DNA from: Acidimicrobiales bacterium
Lineage (GTDB): Bacteria > Actinomycetota > Acidimicrobiia > Acidimicrobiales > SZUA-35
Assembly (NCBI GenBank): GCA_965216675.1
Contig: CBDCGK010000004.1
Coordinates: 1,061,516-1,125,515, forward strand
Length of the DNA: 64,000 nucleotides
Direction of reading: 5' to 3'
The translations under genes were made by a program, and so were the position numbers. Shown here one piece after another: positions 17,873 through 27,197 of the stretch. Every line of letters begins with the position of its first letter. Position 1 is the first letter of the stretch. Under the pieces are notes generated by a model, which did no database searches, was not told the origin of the DNA, and saw nothing but the letters and a program-made list of their open reading frames with translations.

Positions 17873-17887
17873 ACCGGTTGAGGGCGG

Positions 17888-18181
17888 TCAGGACGATTCG
17901 TCACCGCCGGAGAACCGACGGTAGAGCCAGGCCCCGACCAGGGCCACAACGAGCACCGCCACAAGGGTCTGGGGGCGTTTGAGCCGCCGGGCGATACCGC
18001 CGGCCGCCATCGCCGCGATGGCCTCACCACCGTCGGCGATGATGTCGGCGGCGACGTCCGCCGCCAGGTCGACGGCGTTGTGGGCGGCGTCGGTCAGCAC
18101 GTCGGCAACGAGATCGGCGGTGTCCGCAGCGCCTCCTGCGAGTTGATCGGTGGCGCGGTCGAGGGGCGAGGTGGTTCTCAT
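17888..18181 (-). CDS. small hypothetical protein with C-terminal TM anchor
   Basis: Ala/Asp-rich helix plus TM segment; TAGTAT-N6-ATG leaderless signature. Confidence 0.65.
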   Translation of the reverse strand: MRTTSPLDRATDQLAGGAADTADLVADVLTDAAHNAVDLAADVAADIIADGGEAIAAMAAGGIARRLKRPQTLVAVLVVALVGAWLYRRFSGGDESS

Positions 18182-18265
18182 GTCGGAATACTACCCGTCG
18201 TCGATCCGGGCAAACACGCCCCGATTCGCCCCGGATTCCGGCCATCGGTTGGCTACGATGCGAGG

Positions 18266-18742
18266 GTGGCTGACACGCACAAACTCTCACGCGAAGCCTT
18301 CGACCGGCTGAAGAACGAGCACGACGACCTCACCACCCGTGGCCGCATCGAGATCGCCAAGAAGATCGAGGCGGCCCGGGAACTGGGCGACCTCTCCGAG
18401 AACGGCGATTACCACGCCGCCAAGGAGGAACAGGGCAAGATGGAGGGTCGGATCATGCATCTGGCCAACCTCATCGAGAACGCCGAGATCGTGGAGATCG
18501 TGGGCGACGGCGACGATCTGACCGTTCAGGCCGGCTGTGTCGTGTCCATCCGATACGAGGGTGACGACGACGTCGAGAAGTACTTGATCGGTTCCATCGA
18601 GGAGCGGCGGGAGGGCTTGACGGTGATGTCGCCCGGGTCCCCGCTCGGGCAGGCGCTGGTCGGGGCCGGCAAAGGCGACACCGTCACCTTCGAAGCCCCC
18701 AACGGCGACATGAACGTGACCGTCGTCGACATCGAGATCTAG
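18266..18742 (+). CDS. greA: transcription elongation factor GreA
   Basis: ARELGDLSENGDYHAAKEEQ, SPGSPLGQALVG; TACGAT-N6-GTG. Confidence 0.96.
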   Translation: MADTHKLSREAFDRLKNEHDDLTTRGRIEIAKKIEAARELGDLSENGDYHAAKEEQGKMEGRIMHLANLIENAEIVEIVGDGDDLTVQAGCVVSIRYEGDDDVEKYLIGSIEERREGLTVMSPGSPLGQALVGAGKGDTVTFEAPNGDMNVTVVDIEI

Positions 18743-18757
18743 AACCGAGGAGAGATC

Positions 18758-20170
18758 GTGGCCGAACCGAAGACGCTGATCGAGAAGGTCTGGGACAACC
18801 ACGTGGTCCGCGCCGGTGCGGCCGGCGAGCCCGATCTCCTCTACATCGACCTGCACCTCGTGCACGAGGTGACCTCACCCCAGGCCTTCGACGGTCTCCG
18901 CATCGCCGGACGCCGGGTCCGCCGCCCCGATCTGACCGTGGCGACCGAAGACCACAACGTCCCGACCGAGAACACCGACCGCCCGATCGAGGACCCGGTC
19001 AGCCGCAAGCAGGTCGAGACGCTGCGGGCGAACGCCGCCGAGTTCGGGATCACCAACCACGAGATGGGATCGCCCGGTCAGGGCATCGTGCACGTCATCG
19101 GCCCGGAACAGGGTCTCACCCAACCGGGTATGACGGTGGTGTGCGGCGATTCCCACACCGCCACCCACGGAGCGTTCGGCGCAATCGCCTTCGGCATCGG
19201 CACCAGCGAAGTCGAGCACGTCCTCGCCACCCAGACGCTGCCTCAGATGCGACCCAAGACCATGGCGATCACCGTCGACGGTGAACTCCCGCCGGGCACC
19301 ACCCCCAAGGACGTGATCCTGGCCATCATCGGCCGGATCGGCACCGGCGGGGGCATCGGCCACATCATCGAATACCGGGGCGAGGTGTTCCGGGCCATGT
19401 CGATGGAGGGCCGGATGACCGTGTGCAACATGTCGATCGAAGCGGGGGCCAAGGCCGGGCTCGTCGCCCCCGACGACACCACGTTCGCCTACCTGGAGGG
19501 TCGTGACCACGCCCCGGCGGGCAAGGCGTGGGACCAGGCGCTCGAGGCCTGGCGGCGACTGCCGAGCGATGAGGGGGCGACGTTCGACGCCGAAGTCGTG
19601 ATCGACGGCTCGGCGATCGGCCCGCAGATCTCGTGGGGCACGAACCCCGGTCAGGTCATGGCGCTCGACGCCACGATTCCGGACCCGGCCTCGTTCGCCG
19701 CCGAGGGCGATCGACAGGCCGCCGAACGGGCGCTGGAATACATGGGTTTGGCGGCCGGATCCTCGATGCGCGACGTGGCGGTCGACACCGTGTTCATCGG
19801 TTCGTGCACCAACAGCCGAATCGAGGATCTCCGGGCGGCGGCCGAGGTGGCCAAGGGCCGCCGGGTCGCCGACGGTGTACGCACCCTCGTCGTGCCCGGT
19901 TCGTTCCGGGTCAAAGCGCAGGCCGAGGCCGAGGGGCTCGACACGATCTTCACCAACGCCGGTTTCGACTGGCGGGAGCCCGGCTGCTCGATGTGTCTCG
20001 CCATGAACCCCGACAAGTTGACCGTCGGCGAACGGTCGGCTTCAACCAGCAATCGCAACTTCGAGGGCCGTCAGGGCCGGGGTGGTCGAACCCATCTGGT
20101 ATCGCCCGGTGTTGCTGCGGCCAGCGCCATCCTGGGTCACTTCGCCAGCCCCGCCGATCTGGATGCGTGA
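18758..20170 (+). CDS. leuC: 3-isopropylmalate dehydratase large subunit
   Basis: [41 protein letters not shown]. Confidence 0.97.
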   Translation: MAEPKTLIEKVWDNHVVRAGAAGEPDLLYIDLHLVHEVTSPQAFDGLRIAGRRVRRPDLTVATEDHNVPTENTDRPIEDPVSRKQVETLRANAAEFGITNHEMGSPGQGIVHVIGPEQGLTQPGMTVVCGDSHTATHGAFGAIAFGIGTSEVEHVLATQTLPQMRPKTMAITVDGELPPGTTPKDVILAIIGRIGTGGGIGHIIEYRGEVFRAMSMEGRMTVCNMSIEAGAKAGLVAPDDTTFAYLEGRDHAPAGKAWDQALEAWRRLPSDEGATFDAEVVIDGSAIGPQISWGTNPGQVMALDATIPDPASFAAEGDRQAAERALEYMGLAAGSSMRDVAVDTVFIGSCTNSRIEDLRAAAEVAKGRRVADGVRTLVVPGSFRVKAQAEAEGLDTIFTNAGFDWREPGCSMCLAMNPDKLTVGERSASTSNRNFEGRQGRGGRTHLVSPGVAAASAILGHFASPADLDA

Positions 20171-20231
20171 TCGGCTCCGCCGCTCACCTCGAGTTTCGCC
20201 GTCGGCGAAACATCGCCGAAGGAGAACATGA

Positions 20232-20825
20232 ATGAAGGCAGTACAAGTGGTGAGCGGACGAGCAGTACCGCTGGACCGGTCCGACGTCGACACCGACCAG
20301 ATCATCCCGTCCGATTGGCTCAAGCAGGTGGAACGCACCGGCTTCGAGAAGGGCCTGTTCTCCGAATGGCGCGACGACCCCGACTTCGTGATGAACGACG
20401 AGCGCTTCGCCGGAGCAAACATCTTGATCGGCGGCCCGAACTTCGGTGTGGGATCGTCACGCGAACACGCCGTGTGGGCGATCCAGCAGGGCGGCTTCGA
20501 TGCGGTCATCTCCCCTCGTTTCGGTGACATCTTCCGCAACAACTCGACGAAGAACGGCCTCGTGCCGGTTGTGGTCTCGAACGAACTCGGGCAGCGGCTG
20601 CTGGCCGAGGTGGAGGCCAACCCGGACCTCGAGATCACCGTCGACGTCGAGCGGCGTCTGGTCGAGGTGCCGGAGCTGGGGATCGCCGAGCCCTTCCCGC
20701 TCGACGACGCCACCCAGGAGCGGTTCCTGCAGGGCCTCGACGACATCGGCCTGAGCCTGCGTCACGTCGACGACATCGATGCCTACGAGTCGTCCCGCCC
20801 GTCCTGGATGCCGACGTCGGCGTAG
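20232..20825 (+). CDS. leuD: 3-isopropylmalate dehydratase small subunit
   Basis: DVDTDQIIP, NFGVGSSREHAVWA, FGDIFRNN. Confidence 0.97.
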   Translation: MKAVQVVSGRAVPLDRSDVDTDQIIPSDWLKQVERTGFEKGLFSEWRDDPDFVMNDERFAGANILIGGPNFGVGSSREHAVWAIQQGGFDAVISPRFGDIFRNNSTKNGLVPVVVSNELGQRLLAEVEANPDLEITVDVERRLVEVPELGIAEPFPLDDATQERFLQGLDDIGLSLRHVDDIDAYESSRPSWMPTSA

Positions 20826-20903
20826 ACCCCGGTCGCCGCCGCAGCCGAGCCGACGGCGGATATTACGAGCGCATGACGATAACTCTTGTCGCGCCGGGAG
20901 TCG

Positions 20904-20931
20904 GGAACCAGGGGCCGACTGGAGATCGTCA
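20904..20931 (+). promoter_or_regulatory. putative ECF sigma promoter GGAAC-N18-CGTCA
   Basis: ECF-type -35/-10 pattern upstream of a secreted lipoprotein. Confidence 0.45.
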
Positions 20932-20976
20932 GAGGGATTGCAAGCAACGATCGCCCCCTCACGAAAGCAACCTCCG

Positions 20977-23337
20977 ATGCCTGCTCATCGATTCACCTCC
21001 GTTCTCACCCGATCCGCCGCCGTGGCCCTGGCCGCGGCACTCGCCGCGTCCGCCTGCAGCCCCGGCTCAACCGACGACGACGGCGAGACCCTGCCGACCC
21101 TCGACATCGACTCGTCCGAGATCGTGCTCACGTCGGCGTTGGAAACCGTGGACAGCTGCGACGACCTGCTGTCGCGCCTACGGGCCGAGGCCTCGGACCG
21201 GGTCGGCCCCTACGGTTTCGGCGACGGCGGTCCGGTCGTCATGTTCGAAGAGGACATGGCGATGGCGGACGACGACGCAACGGACGTGGCCGAGTCCGCA
21301 CCGTCGGGTGAGTCGGCCTCGTTCGACTCGGCCCAGGGGGCCGACTCGGCGGCCCGCAGCAACGCCGACGAAGGCGGTGACTTCTCCGGCACCAACAACC
21401 AGGAGTCCTCGGTCGACGAGGCCGATCTGGTCAAGACCGACGGCCGTCGCCTGGTGACGGTGTCGGGCAACCAGGTCAACGTGCTGGATGTGACCGATGA
21501 CGACGATCCCCGTCTGGTCACCACCATCAAGTTGCCCGAGGAGTTCTGGGGCGGCGAACTGTTCCTCAACGGTGACTCGGCGCTGCTCATGACCAGCGGC
21601 TGGACCGACACACCGTTCATGCCCGTCGACAGCGGCCGTGCCACCGATCTGGCCTGGTATCCCGGAATGCCGACGGGTCGGCTGATGGAGTTGGACCTCG
21701 ACGACGGCGAGATCGTCCGTACCTTCGAGTTCGAGGGCTCCTACCTCTCCGCCCGTGAGGTCGAGGGGACGATCCGCATCGCCCTCCAGGCATCGGCCAA
21801 CCGCTTCGCCTTCGTCTTCCCGTCGAACCCGGGGGCCGAGGACTCGGCCGAGGAGTTCAACCGGAAGCTGGTGGAGGACTCGACCATCGAGCAGTGGATT
21901 CCCACCTACCGGATCGTCGACGGCGTCGACGGTGACGTGGTGGAGCAGGGCCCCATCGTCGACTGCGATCGGGTGTACCTGCCCGGCGAGTTCGCCGGTT
22001 TCGGCTCGCTGGTGATCCTGACCACCGATCTCGACGATGGTTTCGAGCTGACCGACTCGGTGTCGGTCTTCACCGACGGTCAGACCGTGTACTCCTCCAC
22101 CGACCGGATGGTCGTGGCCACGCCCCGCTGGCCCGAGTTCAACCCCCGAACCGGTGAACCGGAGTCCGACTCCGACTACCGCACCGCCCTCCACACCTTC
22201 GACATCACCGACCTGGACCGCACCGACTACGTCGCCTCCGGCTCGGTCGAGGGCACCCTGCTCAGCCGCTATTCGCTGTCGGAATACGACGGTTATCTGC
22301 GGGTGGCCACCACCGACGGGACGCCGTGGAACTCCGCCGGTTCCGAGAGCTTCGTAACCGTGCTCGACGAGCGGGACCGGGAGCTGGTACCGATCGGTCA
22401 GGTCGGCGGCCTCGGGAAGGGTGAACGGATCTTTGCCGTCCGTTTCCTCGGTGATCTGGCCTACGTGGTCACCTTCGAGCAGATCGATCCCCTGTACGTG
22501 GTCGACCTGTCCGACCCCACGAATCCGACGGTCGAGGGTGAGCTGAAGATCCCCGGCTTCTCGACCTACCTGCATCCGCTGGGCAACGGACTGCTGCTGG
22601 CGGTCGGCGTCGACGGTGACGAGAACGGGGTGACCGGCGGTTCGGTGGCGTCGCTGTTCGACGTGTCCGACGTCAACGATCCCCGCCTCCTCGACAAGCT
22701 CCCCCTCTCGACCATCACGAACGGGGAGACCGAGGACTCCTTCGGCAACACCTACAGCCCGGTCGACGCCGACCCTCGGGCCTTCACCTACTGGGATGAC
22801 ACGGCCATCATTCCGGTCAGCTGGTGGCTGTCGCGGGAGACCGACGGGCAGTGGCTCGAGGTAAACGGCACCGAAGCCGTGCTGGTCACCGTCGACGGCG
22901 ACCGCCTCGTCGAGGTCGACCGGGTGTCGCATCCGATGCGACGAGAGTGTGAAGGCAACAGCCGGAACGTGACCTATGTCGAACCCGACGACCTCGACGC
23001 CCTCCTGGCCGGCGAGCCCGTCGAGGAATCGGTCAGCGGTGGGCTCGATCCCGACCTCGACCCCGACGAAGCCGACACCCAGGATGACGGCGGCGACGCA
23101 TCCGGCACCGGCGACGCCGAAGCGTCCTTCGTCGACGACCCCGAAGAGGAGCCTGCCGTCGACGAGCCGACCTCGATCCTTCCCGGACCGGAGCAGTACT
23201 GCTGGACGTACTCGCCGGAGATCGTCCGCACCGTCGTCATCGGCGACACCCTCTACACGGTGGCTCACAACGGCGTCGGCGTTCACGACTTCGACAGCAG
23301 TTCCCGTCTCGACTGGATACCGTTTGAAGGACTGTGA
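20977..23337 (+). CDS. secreted beta-propeller domain lipoprotein (Beta_propel family)
   Basis: Lipobox LAASAC; FSGTNNQESSVDEADLVKTDG, LRVATT, GERIFAVRF, DPLYVVDLSDP, GELKIPGFSTYLHP. Confidence 0.88.
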   Translation: MPAHRFTSVLTRSAAVALAAALAASACSPGSTDDDGETLPTLDIDSSEIVLTSALETVDSCDDLLSRLRAEASDRVGPYGFGDGGPVVMFEEDMAMADDDATDVAESAPSGESASFDSAQGADSAARSNADEGGDFSGTNNQESSVDEADLVKTDGRRLVTVSGNQVNVLDVTDDDDPRLVTTIKLPEEFWGGELFLNGDSALLMTSGWTDTPFMPVDSGRATDLAWYPGMPTGRLMELDLDDGEIVRTFEFEGSYLSAREVEGTIRIALQASANRFAFVFPSNPGAEDSAEEFNRKLVEDSTIEQWIPTYRIVDGVDGDVVEQGPIVDCDRVYLPGEFAGFGSLVILTTDLDDGFELTDSVSVFTDGQTVYSSTDRMVVATPRWPEFNPRTGEPESDSDYRTALHTFDITDLDRTDYVASGSVEGTLLSRYSLSEYDGYLRVATTDGTPWNSAGSESFVTVLDERDRELVPIGQVGGLGKGERIFAVRFLGDLAYVVTFEQIDPLYVVDLSDPTNPTVEGELKIPGFSTYLHPLGNGLLLAVGVDGDENGVTGGSVASLFDVSDVNDPRLLDKLPLSTITNGETEDSFGNTYSPVDADPRAFTYWDDTAIIPVSWWLSRETDGQWLEVNGTEAVLVTVDGDRLVEVDRVSHPMRRECEGNSRNVTYVEPDDLDALLAGEPVEESVSGGLDPDLDPDEADTQDDGGDASGTGDAEASFVDDPEEEPAVDEPTSILPGPEQYCWTYSPEIVRTVVIGDTLYTVAHNGVGVHDFDSSSRLDWIPFEGL

Positions 23338-24371
23338 GCGGCGGACCGGCGACATCATCCCCACAATCTGAACCCACGAACACCGATTGTCTGATTGTCG
23401 GCGCCGGGCTGGCGGGTCTCACCGCCGCCCGGCGTCTGGCGTCAACCGGGGCACGAGTCGTCGTCGTCGACAAGGGCAAGTCGCCGGGGGGACGCCTCGC
23501 CACCCGCCGCATGGGCGACGCCCGCCTCGATCACGGCGCCCAGTTCTTCACCGTCCGCAGCGCCGCGTTCGCGGCCGAGGTGGAAACCTGGATGGAGGAC
23601 GGCGTCGTCGACGTCTGGACCCGGGGATTCTCGACCGCCGACGGCTACCCCCGCTACCGGGCGGTCGAAGGGATGTCGTCGATTGCCCGGTACCTTGCCG
23701 ACCGACTCCAGTCCGACCTCCTCCGGCCGCCGACAACGGTTCAACGGGTCGAGGCCAACGCCGTGCTGGCGGGCGACAACACCTGGTCGGTCACCTACGG
23801 CGCCGGGACCCGGGAACCGGACGACGCGGCGGCGGTGATCCTCACTCCACCTGTCCCCCAGAGCGTGGACCTTCTACGATCCGGCGCGGTGCTCGGGAGC
23901 CCTGTCGACGACCTCGCAGGCGTCGACTACAACAAGGTCCTGGCGGTGCTGGTCACCCTTGACCGCCCGCCCGCTCTTCCCGAACCAGGCGCCGTCCAAC
24001 AACCCGACGATCCGACCTTCACCTTCGTGGCCGACAATCAGGCCAAAGGCGTCAGTGGCGCCCCGGCCGTCACCTTCCACTGCGCTCCCGATCTGTCGTC
24101 GCGCCTCTGGAATCTCGACGATGGCAATGTGGCGGCCCACGTACACGCCGAGATACGACGCCATCTCGGCAGTGCTGCCGTCACCGACGTCCAGATCAAG
24201 CGGTGGCGCTACGCCGGGCCGGTCGAGCCGTTGTCGGAGGCCTGCATCGTGGTTGCGGAATCACCGGGCCCGCTCGTGGTGGCGGGCGACGGCTTCGCCG
24301 GCGCGAAGGTCGAGGGTGCATTCCTCTCGGGAGCCGCCGCGGCCGAGGCGGTCCTGAACCCCGGGTCCTGA
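23334..24371 (+). CDS. renalase-like FAD/NAD(P)-dependent oxidoreductase
   Basis: IVGAGLAG, DKGKSPGGRLATRR, DHGAQFFT, RWRYA, VEGAFLSG. Confidence 0.9.
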   Translation: MSGGPATSSPQSEPTNTDCLIVGAGLAGLTAARRLASTGARVVVVDKGKSPGGRLATRRMGDARLDHGAQFFTVRSAAFAAEVETWMEDGVVDVWTRGFSTADGYPRYRAVEGMSSIARYLADRLQSDLLRPPTTVQRVEANAVLAGDNTWSVTYGAGTREPDDAAAVILTPPVPQSVDLLRSGAVLGSPVDDLAGVDYNKVLAVLVTLDRPPALPEPGAVQQPDDPTFTFVADNQAKGVSGAPAVTFHCAPDLSSRLWNLDDGNVAAHVHAEIRRHLGSAAVTDVQIKRWRYAGPVEPLSEACIVVAESPGPLVVAGDGFAGAKVEGAFLSGAAAAEAVLNPGS

Positions 24372-24537
24372 CCGGTCTGGCTCGACCAACCAGTAGGCCT
24401 TCGGTCGAACTGGTGAAATCCACCTCTTTACGTGGCCGCTTTCATCGAATATCTTCGGCTAATGCCGTTCTCCGGCACACGTCAAAGGGGCTGGGCGCGG
24501 TCCTCCGACGCGGTATGACCACCAACTGAAAAGCTGA

Positions 24538-26307
24538 ATGACTACAACTGAACAGACCTCACGGCTCCTCCGTTTTCGGAGGCCCCGTGACCGCCGCACC
24601 TGTTCGCTTGAGGTTCAAGACATCACCGTCACCACCGACGACAACACGGTTGTGCTCGATGGCTTGTCGCTCGAACTGGAACCGGGCACCAAGACCTGCA
24701 TTGTCGGAACTGACGAGTCGGCCAAGGCCGCGCTCCTGTCATGTCTGACCGGTGACACGAAAGTCGCTTCGGGTGCGATTCTTATCAACGGGACAGACCT
24801 CTCGGTCCTGTCCTCCGCCGACATCGACGACAACCTCGTTCTGATACCACGGGAACCCGCGATCAGACACGGGTCGATCCGCGACAACATCACGCTCGGG
24901 CTGGAGGGGGTTTCCCGCTATCGACTCGAGTGGGCGGTCGACCAGACCGGCATCGAGAGCTTCACCCGGTTTCTCCCACGAGGAATCGACACCGTCATCA
25001 GTGACGGAACCGGCGAGGCCGACGGCCCGGCGACGATCGTCCTGTCGGCCGCACAGCGGCGACGGGTGGCACTGGCCCGGGCGCTGTTGAGAAACCCGTC
25101 GATTCTCATCCTCGAAGAACCGACCACCGACCTCGGAGCCCGGGAGGAGCAGCGGTTCGTCCGATCGCTGGAACGCCTCATCGCCGGACGTACGCTCATC
25201 ACGTTCTCCCGCCGGCTCGTGCTCGCCCGCAAAGCGGACCGGGTTCTGGTGCTGGACAAAGGACGGCTCGTCGGCTACGACGAGGCCTCCACCAAGGGAT
25301 CGGTCTGCGACCACTCCCGTCTGTGGGACAACCGGGCTCCCGCCGGCGACGAGCCGGGTCACCCGACGGCACCGAAGATTCGCCCGACGGTGCGCCTGGT
25401 GCGACCGCAACCCAATCCCTCATCAACACCATGGGGTATCACGGTCGGAGGCGAGATCGCACCGGGCTACGTGGCCTCGGGCTTGATCGAACGGACCGAA
25501 CACGCCGACGTCTGGGCGGCCTGGAGTGCGACGAAGGAGGGTCCGGTCCGGATCAAGATCCCAGCCACCGCCCCGGTCACTTACCATGCCTTCGAGCAGC
25601 TTCAGCGGGAGTTCCAGATCGTCAGAGGTCTCCGTCATCCCGGACTGTCGAGGGCCCACGAGGTCGATCTCGACGCCGAGATGCCCTATGCCGTGTTCGA
25701 GTACATCGACAGCCCCTCACTCCGTTCGCTGATCTCCCGACTGGGAACCGGACTCGATCCGCTCGATGTTCTCTACATCGGGTTCGAACTGGCCGGCGCG
25801 CTCAACTACCTTCATCAGCGCGGTCGCGTCCACCTCGACCTCCGCATCCGTCATGTGAGGACCCGAGCCGACACCATCGTGATCTCGGACTTCACCCACA
25901 GCCGGGCGATCGGATCGACGCTCCCGTCATCTCTCGGCACCGGCAACGGGCGACGAGGTGAGCATCGGGCGACGGCGCCCGAGCAGCGGGCAGGGGCGGT
26001 CGCCCACCCGAAGATGGACATCTACTCGCTCGGGGCGCTCATGCACGGCGCAGCAGCAGGGGCCGTGCGAACCGAGGCGACGCCGGCCGGGAACCGGTTG
26101 ATCCCGTTCTCGTCGTTGATGGAGTCGGCTCCGATCTCACTGACGGAGATCGTCGATCGCATGCTGTCCGACGATCCGGCCGATCGTCCCGACGCGGAGG
26201 AGGTCCTGACCCGGTTCCGCCGGGTTCTTCCTCAATCGCTCTATCGCCCTCGGATCATCGACCTGGAACAGCAGCCCCATCTCCAACTGGTTGTATCCAA
26301 CAACTGA
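24538..26307 (+). CDS. fusion of a degenerate ABC ATPase domain and a degenerate Ser/Thr kinase domain
   Basis: ABC scaffold (GSIRDNI, LPRGIDT, RVALARALLRNPSILIL, ADRVLVLDKGR) then kinase scaffold (LRHP, YLHQRGRVHLD, APEQ, DIYSLG, DPADRP). Confidence 0.85.
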   Translation: MTTTEQTSRLLRFRRPRDRRTCSLEVQDITVTTDDNTVVLDGLSLELEPGTKTCIVGTDESAKAALLSCLTGDTKVASGAILINGTDLSVLSSADIDDNLVLIPREPAIRHGSIRDNITLGLEGVSRYRLEWAVDQTGIESFTRFLPRGIDTVISDGTGEADGPATIVLSAAQRRRVALARALLRNPSILILEEPTTDLGAREEQRFVRSLERLIAGRTLITFSRRLVLARKADRVLVLDKGRLVGYDEASTKGSVCDHSRLWDNRAPAGDEPGHPTAPKIRPTVRLVRPQPNPSSTPWGITVGGEIAPGYVASGLIERTEHADVWAAWSATKEGPVRIKIPATAPVTYHAFEQLQREFQIVRGLRHPGLSRAHEVDLDAEMPYAVFEYIDSPSLRSLISRLGTGLDPLDVLYIGFELAGALNYLHQRGRVHLDLRIRHVRTRADTIVISDFTHSRAIGSTLPSSLGTGNGRRGEHRATAPEQRAGAVAHPKMDIYSLGALMHGAAAGAVRTEATPAGNRLIPFSSLMESAPISLTEIVDRMLSDDPADRPDAEEVLTRFRRVLPQSLYRPRIIDLEQQPHLQLVVSNN

Positions 26308-26339
26308 ACCCGCAACCTGAACCCGCCCGTCGGTGAGAG

Positions 26340-27197
26340 TCAGTCCAAGCCGAACCACCGGCCGATGTCGGTGGCGATCGGCTCGGGGGCCTCCAGCGGT
26401 CCGAAGTGGGTCAAGTCGGGGTAGCGACGCAGCCGCAGGTGTGGATTTCGGCTCGCAACCTCGACCACGGCCTCGACCGGGATTGTCACCTCACCTCCGA
26501 CGGCGAGCACCATCGGCACCTCCATCCCGGCCGCCGCCACGTCGGCTCCGGTTCGGTGTTGTTCGAAGGTGCGGGCCTCGTACTCGGGCGAGCAGGCTAG
26601 TTCCACCGTGCCGTCCGGGAGCTCACGGAACCCGTGCTCGACATAGGCCCGAAGACACCGCTCATCGAGGCCATCGAGTGGGGGCCGCGAACTGTAGCGC
26701 TCGTACACCTCGGCGCGGTCAGCGAAGTTGGGGCGACGCCGCCGGGCCGCCTGCGACATGACCGAGTCGTGGGGCGCATCGACCGGCTCGTCGGGAGGCG
26801 GCAGATCGAACAGGATCGGCTCGAACATCCAGGCCCGCCGAATCGTGCCGGGCACCCTCGCCTCGGCCAGGACGATGACGCCGCCTCCCAGCGAATGGCC
26901 GACCGCCCGGATCGGTTCCGACGGCGACACCACAGCGGCCACGGCCAGGAAATCGTCGACCATCCCCGACCAACGCATATGCCCGTCGTGAGGCGGGTTG
27001 CTGGCGCCGTGAGCCCGGAAGTCGAGAGCGAAGCAGTGAAAGGAGTCGAGCAGGGACGCCGCGATGGGCTCCCAGACCGCGCCGCAGAAACCTGTGGCGT
27101 GGCAGAAGAGCAATGGCGGGCCGTGACCTCCGAAATCGTGAACGGCGACCGAGACACCGTCGGTCGAGGACACTCGTTCGATGATGCGTTCGCTCAC
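26340..27197 (-). CDS. alpha/beta hydrolase
   Basis: HATGF, DFRAHG, GHSLGG, HFGPLE; GTG overlaps upstream stop. Confidence 0.88.
   Translation of the reverse strand: MSERIIERVSSTDGVSVAVHDFGGHGPPLLFCHATGFCGAVWEPIAASLLDSFHCFALDFRAHGASNPPHDGHMRWSGMVDDFLAVAAVVSPSEPIRAVGHSLGGGVIVLAEARVPGTIRRAWMFEPILFDLPPPDEPVDAPHDSVMSQAARRRRPNFADRAEVYERYSSRPPLDGLDERCLRAYVEHGFRELPDGTVELACSPEYEARTFEQHRTGADVAAAGMEVPMVLAVGGEVTIPVEAVVEVASRNPHLRLRRYPDLTHFGPLEAPEPIATDIGRWFGLD

Noticed and set aside
21178..23364. 728-aa antisense ORF, and similar long shadow ORFs (8642-10693, 61642-63732)
   Set aside because: They lie antisense to well-supported genes; high GC3 removes stop codons on the opposite strand; no recognisable motifs.
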